Shown here one piece after another: positions 13,097 to 26,126 of a stretch of 64,000 bases of DNA. The notes below the pieces were generated by a model that saw nothing but the letters and a program-made list of their open reading frames with translations, was not told the DNA's origin and ran no database searches. The number at the start of each line of letters is the position of its first letter. Position 1 is the stretch's first letter. The translations under genes and the position numbers were made by a program. Source of the stretch: Felis catus (Eukaryota). The DNA lies in contig NC_058373.1 of assembly GCF_018350175.1 (NCBI RefSeq), forward strand, positions 108,626,001 to 108,690,000, written 5' to 3'.

Positions 13097-13556
13097 CCAT
13101 AGGAAGGATGAAGAATACTTTTTTTTTCCTCTAGAGATAAGTGTTGCTAAAATGAGATTTTCTTGGCAGGCATGAGCCTTAGCTAAATAAAGAGGTGAGG
13201 TGTTCATTTTCAGTGCCTCTAGCTCTTTTAGGATGCATCCCCCTCCCCACCATACCTCACCATCTCTGAACCTTTGGAGTTGCCTCCTTGTCTGTTCAAG
13301 GCCTCCTACGTAGCTTCTTAATAAGGTCTGACCTCCCAGACCTAGCCTTATGTTGTGCATTTCTTCTGTTTTCTTCATTTTTAGCATTTCCTCATTCTGT
13401 ATCCTACTCTTTCATAACCCTCCATGACAACTATGAAATTTAGCAAATAAAAATCAGGATGCACAGTTAAATTTGAATTTCAGATCAACAAGAATATCTT
13501 TTTAGTTTAAGTGTGTCCCGTGTAATATTTGGGACATACTTATCATAGATGTTAAG

Positions 13557-13753
13557 TTTTTTTAATGTTTATTTTTGAGAGACAGAGTGATCAGGGAGGG
13601 GCAGAGAGAAGGAGACACAGAATCCAAAACAAAGCGGGCTCCAGCTCTGAACTGTCAGCACAGAGCCCAAAATGGGTCTCAAATCCACAAACTATGAGAT
13701 CCTGACCTGAGCCAAAGTCAGATGCTTAACTGACTGAGCCACCCAGGCACCCC
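13557..13753 (-). mobile_element. Can-SINE nested in MER53
   Basis: SINE body in reverse; short TSD atgttaa. Confidence 0.93.
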
Positions 13754-13795
13754 AAATGTTAATAATTTTTTATGTGAAATTTGAATTTAGCTGGG

Positions 13796-15314
13796 TGTTA
13801 TTGGAAACTAAAGTAAAAGGGATCCTTGTTACATACTGAAAGACAATTAGCTAAGCTGTGTCCCATTGTTTTTATGGAAAGTGGAATTATAAGTGATGGT
13901 TATTTCACTGAGGAAATCTCTAAGTCTTGAACGTATATCCAGGTTCTTCTTGCTGCTTATAGTAAAATGTAAGAGGAAAGAGATTAAGGGAAGAACTCTA
14001 AGCAAAATAGAACAATGACCTGATTTAGGAAATTCTTAGTCTATCCTTATTGCAAAGATGTAGTTAGGAAAAAAAAAAAGATGTAGTTAGGAGTTGACTG
14101 TCAGGAAAGCATCCTATTGAGAGAAAGCCAAGGGTGTGTCTCAGCAACCTTTCACTAATTCCTTGGAAGGATCAGAAGTTCCAAATATTCAACCTTGAAG
14201 AAGTCTCTTTGAAGAGATTATGCATTTGACTCATTTGATGGATCCTTTCAGTCATCTCTGGAGAAGTCAAAATAGAGATGAAGTGATCTGGGAGGATCTG
14301 TGGAGCAGCCTTTGGTTTAACAGAATGAATTCCTGATACATACATGGCATACTCACAGTGTTCTTGAGGATGTCATATCATCAGAAATACTGCCTGTTGT
14401 CCAAAAGGGAGAGCCTCAAGTTCAGAGGGTAAAGATGAGAACCACAGAGGATTATTCCCAGCTCTTAAAACCTAATGATTTTTTCCCAGTTGGATCTCAG
14501 TATTGCTTAGAACCAATGATTCTTTTTTTTTCAATCCATCCCTCACTCTTGCTTTTGAAAGGGAATGACTATAACTGTTGTCTTATTCTGTCCTATCATT
14601 GTGTTTTAGAATCACATAACTTGTTTTTTATTTTCACAGGTCCACAGATAGAAATTTTGCCTTAAATGGGTCATACTGGGACTTATGACCCATATAAAAT
14701 TTAAAGTGAGATTTAGGACTTTTGGGTGGATGATAGACTTTGAAATTGCATTGGTGCTGTAATAACTTGAGACTTCTGGAGATACTGGGATGAGTGAATG
14801 TATTTTGCATAAGAGATGGATATAAACCTTTGGAGGCCAGAGGGTGAACTGTGGTAGGCTGAACAGTGGCCTCCACAGTTGTTCAAGCCTCATTCCCCAG
14901 AATAGGTCAGTATGTTACCTTATATGGCAGAAGGGACTTTGCAGATATGAATACATTAAGAATCTAGAAATGAAATTAAATTACCTTGGTTGATCAGATA
15001 ATTACCAGGGTCCTTCTTAGGGAGAAGATAAAAGGATAGAAGCAGAGTTCAAAGAACAGAGAAGATGCTATGCTACTGGCTTTAAAGATAGGGGAAGAAG
15101 CCAAGAGCCAAGGAATGTAGGAGTCTTCTGGTAGCTAAAAACAAAACAGAACTTCAAGGAAACAGGTCCTTTCCTGGAGTTTCCAGAGTAAATACAGCCC
15201 TGAAGTTCCATTTTAGATTTCTAACCTCCAGAATTGTATGATAATGTTATTTATGTTGGTTTAAGTCACTAACTTTGTGGTAAGTTTTTACAGCAGCAAC
15301 AGGAAACTGATACA
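13796..15314 (+). mobile_element. ERVL-MaLR: MLT internal sequence (about 13796-14849) plus 3' LTR (14850-15314, MLT1D-like); 5' LTR missing
   Basis: tgttattggaaact internal start; purine-rich ggaggccagagggtgaac, then LTR tgtggtaggctgaa...cagcaacaggaaactgataca. Confidence 0.85.
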
Positions 15315-15582
15315 CCTGGTGTCCTGTATCTTACCTGGCCACCCTAGTTCTGGCTTGCACTAATTTCATTGGAGCTCTGTGATAGGTCAGAAGCCTTATG
15401 TACAGGAGCACATTTAATTCTTTCAACAACCTTGGGAAATAGTATCCACTTTACAGGTAAGGAAAATGAAGAGCTGGTAGTAGCAGCACTTAATTTCAAC
15501 CCGGATCTGAGGAACTGGAAAGTCCAGTTCGTTCATTTCTTTCTGTTCTGTTTCTTCTTTCTTTTCCTTCTCCTCCTTGTTA

Positions 15583-15769
15583 TTTTTTAAAATTTTTATT
15601 TATTTGTTTTTTAGAGAGAAAGAGAGAGAGAGTGAGTGAGCAGGGGAGGGGCAGAGAGAGATGTCAGTGCAGAGCCCGATGTGGGGCTTGAACTCACGAA
15701 CTGTGAGATCATGACCTGAGCTGAAATCAAGAGTTGGATACTTAACTGACTGAGCCACCTAGGTGCCCC
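15583..15769 (-). mobile_element. Older Can-SINE inserted at the tail of the adjacent SINE
   Basis: gaaatcaagagt subfamily motif; TSD tcc(t/c)tgttatttttt. Confidence 0.9.
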
Positions 15770-15779
15770 TCCCTGTTAT

Positions 15780-15992
15780 TTTTTTAAAAAAATGTTTAGA
15801 GAGAGAGAGACAGAGGATAAGTTGGGGAGGGTCAGAGAGAGAGAGAGAGAGAGAGAGCACGTGCGAGCGTGACAGACCCAAGCAGGGTCCATGCTCAGCA
15901 TTGAGCTCCATGAGGAGCTTGATTGTGAGATCATGACCTGAGCCGAAATCAAGAGTCAAAGACTTAACCAACTGAGTCACCCAGGCTCCCCC
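15780..15992 (-). mobile_element. Older Can-SINE
   Basis: (GA)n tract and head ending ...gagtcacccaggctcccc. Confidence 0.9.
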
Positions 15993-17629
15993 TGTCTATT
16001 ATTATTAGCACTGCCACAGTACTGTCTGCAAAGTATATATTTCTAGGGCAAAGTAGGTTCCTGATCCAATGAGTTGGGTATCTCCTCTCCATATATACAG
16101 AAACACTACTGCTTATAGAATACTGTATTGATTTCCATTTAAAGGACATTCCAATATAAACTAATGAAATTTTGAAAGAATAAATTTTCCACCATAGTCA
16201 AAATGCATATTCAAAAGACTATCCTTCATAGATGAACTACACATTATTCAATGCTGAAATGTTCTAGCCTGCTCTGTAAGCAAAGAAAATGATCCAAGTA
16301 TTATAAACTTCAACAAATGAGCCAAAACACTTAGTTTCCTTAGACAATTAAATACGATAATAAGCCAAAAACGCTCCACCATCAGGCTGGTAAAGAAGCA
16401 AATTTACTATCTTTATTAGCAGCTTGCTTGCAGATTTTTATTTGAACTAATGAATATCATAATAGCTCAGGGGAAAAACAACCCAAATGCTGCAGGCTCA
16501 GACCGTTGCTAACCAAAGGAGCTGGTGGTTAATTGGAAATGGCCAGCTGCACATAATGCTTCTCTTCATTTTTAACATGAAGTAATTCCACCATCCTCTC
16601 CCTGCTCCCCGCCCCCACCCAGTCCTCTATTAAAATCCCATAAGTGCTGTATTGGAAGAAAATACCACAGAACTTCTAGCAGACTGAAGGTATTATTTAT
16701 GTATCTGCCAGTTTGCCGGCAAAGGGCAGGGCAGCTGGAGGGGTGTCACATGCAAGTTGGTTGGGGGCTAGGAACACCAAGGGGAAGGACCATGCACTGG
16801 TAAATTGCATACTATAGATTTCATCAGAGCAAACTTGCTGTGAACTCATTGTTATTTTTCAAAGGCGAATGGCTTTCTCCCTTCTTCCTGGTACTTTTCA
16901 CTGTGTAAGTTAATTATAGAAAACACTGAGCACAGACCTTTGGAATTACTATTTTTTTTGGTGTTGTTAGAACAAGACTATACTCTAAACATGTAGTCGC
17001 TGAATGTCTCAGAGTCCAGTTGTATGACTGAATTGTGAACTTTTGTGGTGGTCATGGGACTTGGTAGCTCATGGGTCAGTTACTTTTTGAGCGATTTAAA
17101 CAACACATTTTTGTTTAGAATAACATTATGTACTAGAAGAAATTTAAAAGTTCTCTGTCGTGACAGACTCATGAAGGAGGAAGGAAGAATTTGTATCTGG
17201 CAGGTGTGTTCCCTCTGAAGGGTTGACCTCCAGAGTGAACACACCATACCTGCAGATCATAGGTCACCAGGGCAGCTCCTATTATCATGACGATGAGTCC
17301 TTTTTGCTTCTGTGTAACTGGGAACCACGAATGCAGTAGGAAAGAGTTAACTTTTTCATCCTAAACAAGTGATTAAAAGAACCACCACAGACCTGGAGAT
17401 GTGGGGATAATTATGAAGTTAATGTTTCCTTTCCTAATGGAAACGGTCTGGATAAATGGTAGCAATGGGACTTCTGTTCATCCTGTACCTTCCACAGACT
17501 CGGCACTTTTATACGAGACTGTGTTATTTGTAAAAGACAAGTGAAGCGGTGCCTTTTTTTTTTCTGCTTTGAATTTGATTCAGACTCATTTCATGTTTTG
17601 AAACTCAGAACATTTCAGGTATCTAATAA

Positions 17630-17631
<2 letters not shown>

Positions 17632-17676
<45 letters not shown>
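17632..17676. repeat. (AT)n microsatellite
   Basis: About 22 AT units. Confidence 0.99.
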
Positions 17677-17677
<1 letters not shown>

Positions 17678-17704
17678 CAAAAACAGAATTGGAAAGAGAA
17701 TCTG

Positions 17705-17915
17705 TAGCCCTGGTTTCCAACCTTGGGGTGCATGAGAGTTATAGGGGGGAGGGTAGGATGGTTGTGTGAGGGAGTTTGTTAAAAATGCAGACTCCTGGGC
17801 TCCGCTCCAGCAAATCTGATTTAATAGGTTTGGGGTGGGGAGCTAGGAATTGCAGTTTAATATGCAGACTCAGGAGGAGATAATGGCCCTGGGGGCCAGC
17901 AGGGTCAGCACTTAG
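17705..17915. mobile_element. MER5A-like hAT-Charlie remnant
   Basis: gtttgttaaaaatgcagactcctgggctcc...aggtttggggtggggagctaggaat. Confidence 0.7.
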
Positions 17916-18074
17916 GAAAATGGCTTGCTTTACCTGGGTAGAGTTTCATACTAAGAAATAAAAGAACATATAAAATTCTAGTACCTGATGAGAAATCATT
18001 AATTTTTAATTTTGCGATGTGGAACAAGAAACCCTTTGCCCCACTTGCAACTTCTAGTGCTTAAGAGATAACAT

Positions 18075-18290
18075 AGTTCAGGGGGTATCACAGACTCTGG
18101 TTCAATTTCCAGGTCTGCCATTTACTAGGTGTGCAACTTTGGGCCCTGTGCCTCAGTTTCCTCATCTGTAAAGGGAGGAATATAATCATAGCATCTGTTT
18201 TACAGTGTTTTTATGGATTAATGGCTAGTAATTATAGAGATTATAATATAGAGAACATGTGTGAACTGTGCACTTTATGTATGTTAGCTC
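18075..18290 (+). mobile_element. MIR
   Basis: ctgtgcctcagtttcctcatctgtaaag core. Confidence 0.8.
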
Positions 18291-21200
18291 ATTTAAAACC
18301 CTATCTTGCATGTTCTCTTGTTCTCATTGGACAAATGACATTAACAATCGTTCAAAGCCCCATGGTTAGAGTGGTGAGATTGGGGTTCAGGTCCAAGTGG
18401 GCTATCTCCAACACTCAGCTTCATCATCACCTACCTTGCTCCTGCCTTTCCAGTAAAGCATTGTCTCTTCCTCCTCCTCCCTCTTTTTTACTTTTTAGCT
18501 CCAGGTGAGCCCAACTCAGTTCCTGTTGAGTAAAGTGTCATTTAGTTAACTGAGAAACATGTATTCTGGATGTGTATGTATTTCCACAGGTCTGGGAGAT
18601 GATGCAGGAGGGAGAAAGCAGAGTTGTGGCTTCCAAACAGGTAGCTTTCAGCTAGGTCTTTTGCATTTCTAAGTGCTCCAAACTTTCTGGTGTCAGAAGT
18701 CAGCTGTCAGAGAGAAGGGACAAATTGTGACTCAGCTCAACCGTTTCTGTGAATTTTCCTGGGATTAGCTTTTCTAGGAGGGAAGGGGCTGGTTCCACCT
18801 TTTCCCAGAAGATAAGGCAAAGTTCTTGCTAGCCACAAGCACAGTCCCTCTTGGAGGTCTCCTCTCGGGGCCCTGGAGATAAGTGGGGTGAGTCCAAGGG
18901 CCACATACTAACTGTAGCAGCTACTAATGATTCCATATGCCAGATCCACACTCAGCACTTCCCAGGCCCTCACATTTAATTGTCTCAGCAACCTCGCACT
19001 TAATTGTAGGGCGAGCTCCCCTTCTTTGGCCCCTCCACCTGTGTCCTCTGCACTTGGGAAGAGACGGACCGTTACATGCTCGGTTGTCATAAAGCTGACC
19101 TCTGGCTGCCTAACTATGTGTCTGGTCCCAGGCCAGGCTATACCCTCCCTATTCCTGGCTCCCTCCTTTGCCCTGCCCCACTCCCTCAGCACCACCTGTA
19201 TCCTGCTGAGAAGGATCCACTTCTCCTTAAATGCTTACTTGAAGGAATGGAACTAGTTTGCTGAGGTGAATTGTGTTTCCTTCTTTTTTGCTTGCCTACT
19301 TTTCTGTCACCAGATCTCTCTGGGAGCAGTGATGCTCTTAATTAAGCTGAGATCTCAGGCGCTTAAAATGCAAAATTCACAGGCAAGCTGGCTGGTGCCT
19401 GACGCTGGAAAAGTATGCTCTTCCTTACCAGAACCCCCCATAAGAGCTCCTTCATTCTAATGGAGCAAGTTCACAGGACCAAAGAATGAGACTCATCCCA
19501 GTTGAGGGGTGCTTCTTTGGGGCTAGACTCTGCATCTCCTCCACACCAGCTGGGAGTTAAGGGGCTGTATTCAGCCATGAGGAGAAAGGTGTGGGACATC
19601 CTCCTACCACCTGAGGGTAGCTCCAGGTTCCTGAGAAGATGATCTATGGGGTCACAGAAATCTCCAAGCAGGGTATCTGGTTTTTAGTAAAGATGTGAGA
19701 CTGAGAGTTGTGGTGTGGACCTAGAGATGATGAGCAAGTGGGAAAGTTATATCCAGCTCTGGAGAAGCCTACAAATTAGGCAGAAATTATCTTTAGTACT
19801 TTAGCCCATTCCCATTGCTCAACACACGGGTTCTTCCAAGTTGACTTCAACCTCTCATTTTTTAACATATGAAAAAGAAACAAGGTATTCTCCGAGGTGG
19901 TCCCATCACACAGCTCTTTTCAACTATCTCCCGTTGCCACTCACCTCTCACCTCTCACCTCTGAACTGGGCAGGTGTCCATAGGGATGCGCAACAGCTCT
20001 GCTCCTTGCCTCTGTTGTGAGAGCAGAGACTCTGAGCTGAGTGAGGTCTGTAGGAGGGAAGGTCAAGAACTGTAGATGTGGTGTGGGGGCCCAGATTACC
20101 TCTCAACTTTCTATTTTGCTCCTGCTCACATCCAATTGAATGGGACTTGATATAATCTCTTCATATATACAAGGTGTCTTTTGTGTTTACTAAGAAAAAG
20201 ATACACCTGCAGGGTGAACTGCTTATTAAAAAAAAAAAAAAAAAAGGAACCCACTTTGGGTACATGTGTTAGAAAATGGTACCCCTTCAGAAGCTGGTAC
20301 AGTCCTGCTCAGGCCATTACTTGGCTTGCAGAGAGTAGTTGTTTCCACTCATGCTCACTTGAACTGGGTACCCTTGTGCAGGGTACAACCCGCACAACAG
20401 TTCAGGGCATCCCTGGCTCTTGGCCTGAGTTCAGTGGTAAGGACTTTAAGTCTCATTTTATTGTTGTCATTCCCCTATACCATCTGTGTCAAGGATCTTT
20501 CAGCTTCTCTTCCTTTTCAGCTCAACCGAAAATGCACCTTTTGTGCACTGGAGCTTAAACCCACACTTGGTCATTTTAGAAGTTCCACTGACTGGTTAGC
20601 TTTGGTCCGCTGGTCAGATGATTAGAATGTGACAGAGATGGCAAATCTTCATTTATCGTTTCCAGAACATGACTGTATAAAAAGGAGTAAGCCATCAACA
20701 GTGTCTCAATGACTTATTTGTCTTATTTATGAAACAAAACATTTTTCCATCCAGGTATGCAAGGAGCAGTCATGCACCTTGTCCTTTTGTGAAGGCAGAA
20801 AAGAACACTGAGTTGGTGTCCAGTTCTGAGTAATTTCAGCCCTGAGTTCTGTCTGGCCATGTGCCACTGCTGAGCTGATGCCTTCTCCTGGCTGTTTGAT
20901 TATTCTCCAGGTGACATGGGTGCTGGCCCAGTAGACCTTCATTTACTCACCGAAACCACCACTGTCACCTCTTCCTCCTCTTCTTCCTCCTCCTCCTCTT
21001 CTTCCTCCTTTTTAAATAACCACTGGTTTATTAAAGACACACTTTTCTCTCACTGAAAATGCTTCCCGAGTAGAAATTGTTTATTAGTTGCAATGTCCTG
21101 GACCTACCTGCAGTTCCACTCTGTCCTGGTGACACAGCCAGCCTGGGAAAACTGTGAAGCATAGCATGTGGGCCTTTTGGGCCTTCCTCACTTAAAGTGG

Positions 21201-21362
21201 TTGTTTTTCTCTCTCCTAGAATGACCCTCCTTGCCCCTGGCACCTGTCTGGGCCCTTTTCTTATCCTTGCCTGCAGGCATACTACCCTCTGGGAATTACT
21301 GGGGAAACCAAGTGTTAGGTGGTAATGATAAAAGGCTTACCTCCTCATGGGGTGCTAGCATT

Positions 21363-21564
21363 CTAATTTTTTTTAATGTTTTATTTTATTTTTGAGAGAG
21401 AGAGTGTGAGTGGGGGAGGAGCAAAGGGAGACACAGAATCTGAAGCAGGCTTCAGGCTCCGAGCTGTCAGCACAGCGCCCGATGCGGAGCTCAAACTCAC
21501 GAACTGCGAGATCATCACCTGAGCTGAAGTTGGACGCTTACCGACTGAGCCACCCAGGCGCCCC
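21363..21564 (-). mobile_element. Can-SINE
   Basis: TSD ggggtgctagcatt at 21349-21362 and 21565-21578. Confidence 0.96.
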
Positions 21565-22514
21565 GGGGTGCTAGCATTTTAAACTGGGGACTTGTCGCAA
21601 ATGAATGAGATTGTAATCATTGAAAGAAAAGTAGTGTTCTTTTGGGACTTTGTAAAAATCCATGCCTCCATTATCCAGGATAGGCTTAATTTTTGCTACT
21701 TAAAAATAACCAAAATTTCAGGAGACCTAGATGCCAGTAAAGTTGTACCTAATGACATTTCATTCCCTGTTCAGACAGTGCACTGCGTTCATACAGTTCC
21801 ACCTCTTCTAGATGTCTGACACCATCGCTGCAGTATCTTCCCTATTGACCCTGAGCAGATCTTGACCCTCCAAACACTTAGAGTCAGGGTGGTTAAGGAC
21901 AGTTTGCTCATAAGTCGCCTCTTTTCATTGTGCTCTAGGTCTTTCCACACATTCCCCTGACGTGGACAGGGCTGGTGATGAGGACAGTGTGCTCATCTCA
22001 TCAGCAACAGCTTTAACTGCAGACCTCCTCTGTTCTTTAGTAGCACATTGAACAGCATGCTGGCACAGTTTTGAACTGAGATTTCTCACAGAAAATTTGC
22101 AAGCACTACATCTTGTTTGTTTGTTTTAAGGCAGTGATGTGAAGCTTGTCTTTCTGAAGAAAATGAGTTAACCAGGTCTTGATGAGCTTTACTTGGGCTT
22201 GAGAATAGTAGTTAAGTCACTAATTATTATTTTCATCTTTTTTTAAAGCTGAGAGTAATAATTCACCAAACATTTTAGTTAAGAGAAGGTTATATAAAAG
22301 AATTGAATTGAGTGAATTAAAATGAATAGAGTCACTTCTGTTTGGACAGGCATCTCTGCCAAATGTTCTTTATTCAACAATATATACATATGTTTCGAAG
22401 TCTATAATTTGCTAAGTCGTGTGTAAAAGGGCTGAGGTTGTAATGATGGAAACCATGCATTTTCTTCTCTTGAGAAGCTTGCTCTGTAGTGCAAGAGGCA
22501 GAATGCTAAAAGTC

Positions 22515-22660
22515 TGGGCTTCAGTTTCCTCAGCTGTAAAGTAGGGATAATAGTTAGACCACATGTAGCTAACTGTGTGGATTAAGTGAGGTAATGTCGC
22601 AAAGCCATCAGGATGCTGCCTGGTATGTAGTGAGTGCAATGTAAGTGTTTCAGCAAAATA
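22515..22660 (+). mobile_element. MIR fragment
   Basis: cttcagtttcctcagctgtaaagtagggataatag...gattaagtgaggtaatg. Confidence 0.7.
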
Positions 22661-23947
22661 GATGAGCTAGAGGACATTAACATGTGATAAGAACCTAGCA
22701 TGAGCATGTAGGCAATAAGTAAAGTGCTCCACTTCTGGAGTCTGGAAGATTTTGATGGGGAGTGTGATGGTGGGGAGTGGCTCCACTGGGGAGTTGAGAC
22801 TTCATCTGGGTCTTGAGTGATGAATAAGAGTTCAGTATGTAGAGTAACAGGCAGGAGAATTTCCAGAAATGGGAGCAGCACAAGCTGTCTTCTAACTCAA
22901 AGAGCTCTGTCCACAACATTCTGCCCAGAAAGCTTCCCTGGCTCCAGCTCACTCCACTGAGCCAGTTGTTACCAGGTCTTCTCCTCTGCAGCAGTTGGCA
23001 CATGCCTCTTTTTCAACACCATCTCACCATTTGGCGACACTTTTCCTCTAATATTCACTGAACGTTTATTGAATACTGTCTTGGTACTGATCCTCATGCT
23101 GGGTGCAGTCACTGCCCTCAGAAACCCCTGGAATAATGAGGGGCTTTCCCTGGCACCAGTGGGTTCCCATAGCATACTGTCTGGTTCATTATAGCTTAAA
23201 AATACCATTGAAAGAGCTTATGCATCTATAAAGAATCCTTCCCATGCCCCTGGTTTTGGATACGGAAGGAATTGTCTGTAGCTGTGAGAAAGGGACGGAG
23301 ATCATTCTTGTGTTCACTCTTTCTGTGAGTTCTGTTTATGTATTCAAAGAGTTGCTCTTTTTATAGAGCTCAGAGCATCTCAAAGGAAAAAGAATCATTG
23401 AATATTATTGATAACAGTTTAGGAGGACTTGAAGGATCTGTCAGTTTCTTTAAACAACTGTATGTTGTAGCTGTTTGCAGTCTATTTGCAACCTTTGAAG
23501 TTTGTGTATATTTTATCTTCTTTGTGTCCCATGGCTGGGTTTACAGTCTATGTGGAGGATAGAGCAGAGCATGGGGCATGTTACAAGCTGGATCACAAAG
23601 CTGTTTGGCAGTTTTCAATCCTAGAAATCCTGTGTTAGGGGGAAAAAAATCAGCCTGGCAACTTTTTTTTTTTTTTTAAACAATCCAAAATTTCTCATTT
23701 TGCCCTGTTGTAGTAGTGAACTTGAGTTTCATTCATGACTATTTCAGTTACAGCAGAAAACTCAAATATTTAAAATAAGATCATAAAGAGTAGTGGTCAT
23801 GTGATGAGATGTGTATCTCTGACCAAGATAAGGAGTATGCTGAGAGGTGACGTGTGGGTGGGTGGGGGGGGGGGGAGCAAGTGGATGGTGATGAACACTG
23901 GAAGCAAAAGACCAACAAGGAAAGATCTTCAATAATTTGCTCAGGAA

Positions 23948-24828
23948 ACCCAAAAAACAATCCAGTGAAGAAATGGGCAAAAGATGTGAATAGATACTTC
24001 TCCAAAGAAGACATCCAGATGGCCAACCGACACATGAAAAAATGCTCCACATCACTCATCATCAGGGAAATACAAATCAAAACCACAATGAGATACCACC
24101 TCACACCTGTCAGAATGGCTAACATAAACAACTCAGGCAACAACAGATGTTGGTGAGGATGCAGAGAAAGAGGATCTCTTTTGCACTGCTGGTGAGAATG
24201 CAAACTGGTACATCCACTGTGGAAAACAGTATGGAGGTTCCTCAAAAAACTAAAAATAGAACTACCCTATGACCCAGCAATTGCACTAGTAGGTATTTAC
24301 CCAAGGGATACAGGTATGCTGTTTCAAAGGGGCACATACACCCCAATGTTTATAGCAGCACTATTGACAATAGCCAAAGTATGGAAAGAGCCCAAATGTC
24401 CATCAGTGGATGAATGGGTAAAGAAGATGTGGTATGTATATACAATGGAGTATTACTCAGCAATCAGAAAGAATGAAATCTTGCATTTGCAACTACACGG
24501 ATGGAACTAGAGGGTATTATGCTAAGCGAAATTAGAGAAAGACAAATATCAGATGACTTCACTCATATAAGGAATTTAAGATACAAAGCAGATGATCATA
24601 AGGGAAGGGAAGCAAAAATAATATAAAAACAGGGAGGGGACAAAACGTAAGAGACTCTTAAATATAGAGAACAGAGGGTCACTGGAGAGGTTGTGGGAGG
24701 GGGAATGGGCTAAGTGGGTAAGGAGCATTAAGGAATCTATTCCTGAAATCATTGTTGTACTCTATGCTAACTAAGTTGGATATAAATTAAAAAATAAATT
24801 TAAAATAACAAAGAAAAACTAAAAACAT
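23948..24828 (+). mobile_element. 5'-truncated carnivore/felid L1 (ORF2 C-terminus plus 3' UTR)
   Basis: [57 protein letters not shown]-rich tail; perfect 17-bp TSD aataatttgctcaggaa at 23931-23947 and 24829-24845. Confidence 0.97.
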
Positions 24829-24879
24829 AATAATTTGCTCAGGAAGTTGGAGGATGTGCACTAAGGCAGCAGTGGTGAG

Positions 24880-25260
24880 AATGAAGAGAAGGGAAAGCAC
24901 AAGAGATATTTTCTTTTCAGGTAGGATTGACAGGATTCGGTGACTGTTGGAAAGGGAGAAAGTGACCTGTGTGAACTCTGAGCTTTCTGTTTTGGGTAAT
25001 GAGTGATGTGGTATTGTTCATGGGGTGAGGAGGAGAGGTGGAAAAATGGGTTTGGAAGGAAAGATGATTTCAGTTTCGGATATGTGGAGTTTAGAATACC
25101 TGTGAAATGTGTATTGAGAGAGAGGTTTATGGGCACTTGGATAAATAGACTAAATTAAAGAGAGAAGATCTGAAAACAGAAGTGGGGCGGGGGGTGGACA
25201 GCACATAAATCCTGTCAATGCCTTGACACTAGATGAGATTGCCCAGGGACCAAGAGATGA
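24880..25260 (-). mobile_element. L2 fragment
   Basis: gatttcagtttcggatatgtggagtttagaatacctgtg resembles reverse L2 ORF2 region. Confidence 0.6.
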
Positions 25261-25916
25261 ATGAAACTTAGGCAATTGATTTTGTGTATATATTCATGTG
25301 ACCTTTGAGCACTTACAAGGTCATTATAAATACATTGACAAATAAGGGAAAGAAAGTCTTTGGTTAGGCTATTGTTTTGAGTTTTGGCTCATAACATGTG
25401 GTCTGTGGTGGTAAATGACATCTCAAGGTCCCTTCCCACATGAACAAAGGGAGATATTTTTAAGTGAAGCTCTATTTTACAATTACAACTGTAGGACAGC
25501 AGAGAAATCAGACTTTGAGCTGAGGTAGCATTTTTCTCCTCCCCTCCAATTGAAGCTTTCTTTGAATTTGGAAATCATATCTTTCTTTATCTGGGTCAAG
25601 GACTTGAAGAAAGGCTAAGTGAGCTTGGTGCAAAACAGCATGTTCAGATGTTCACATTAATCCCGTTAAACTACTCATACAGAGAAAGTAGATGGCGAGA
25701 AAAGACAAAAGTAAAGAAATTTTTAACAGATGGTTGTTTTTATTATTTATTTATCTATCTATTTCTGATTTACTTTAAACTTGGCTACTACAATCACTTT
25801 GAAAGCAAATCATGCCTCTTTGGTGAGTGGATAGCTGGTATTAATGGCTTTTGTTGCCATAGCCATTAAACTCCCCCCCCATCCCAAATCTTTGTGGAAA
25901 GTATTAAATATTCTCA

Positions 25917-26126
25917 GGGTGCCTGGATGGCTCAGTCAATTAAGCATCCTACTTCAGCTCAGGTCATGATCTCATACTCTGTGAGTTCGAGCCCCGCGTT
26001 GGGCTCTGTGCTGACAGCTCAGAGCCTGGAGCCTGCTTCAGATTCTGTGTCTCCCTCTCTCTCTGTCCCTCCCCTGCTCATGCTCTCTCTCTGTCTCAAA
26101 AATGAATAAAAACATTAAAAAAATAA
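25917..26126 (+). mobile_element. Can-SINE
   Basis: TSD aaatattctcagg. Confidence 0.95.

Larger units (their letters stand above)
13430..15345. mobile_element. MER53-like hAT MITE split by a SINE and a MaLR insertion
   Basis: Left arm atttagcaaataaaaatcaggatgcacagttaaatttgaatttcagat; centre gtcccgtgtaatatttgggac; right arm resumes at about 13755-13797 and ends gtcctgtatcttacctggccaccct at about 15320-15345. Confidence 0.8.

Noticed and set aside
16380..16900. Repeat-free stretch that looks like a conserved enhancer
   Set aside because: Cannot be supported without alignments or chromatin data.
18590..18640. Possible 51-nt plus-strand exon (cacag|...cag|gtagct)
   Set aside because: Weak donor and no recognisable peptide.
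18131..20625. Several 95-125 aa ORFs
   Set aside because: No recognisable domains; overlap MIR or low-complexity sequence; lengths expected by chance.
20951..21012. Minus-strand poly-Glu reading followed by GTGAGT
   Set aside because: Simple (TCC/TCT)n repeat; no convincing acceptor.
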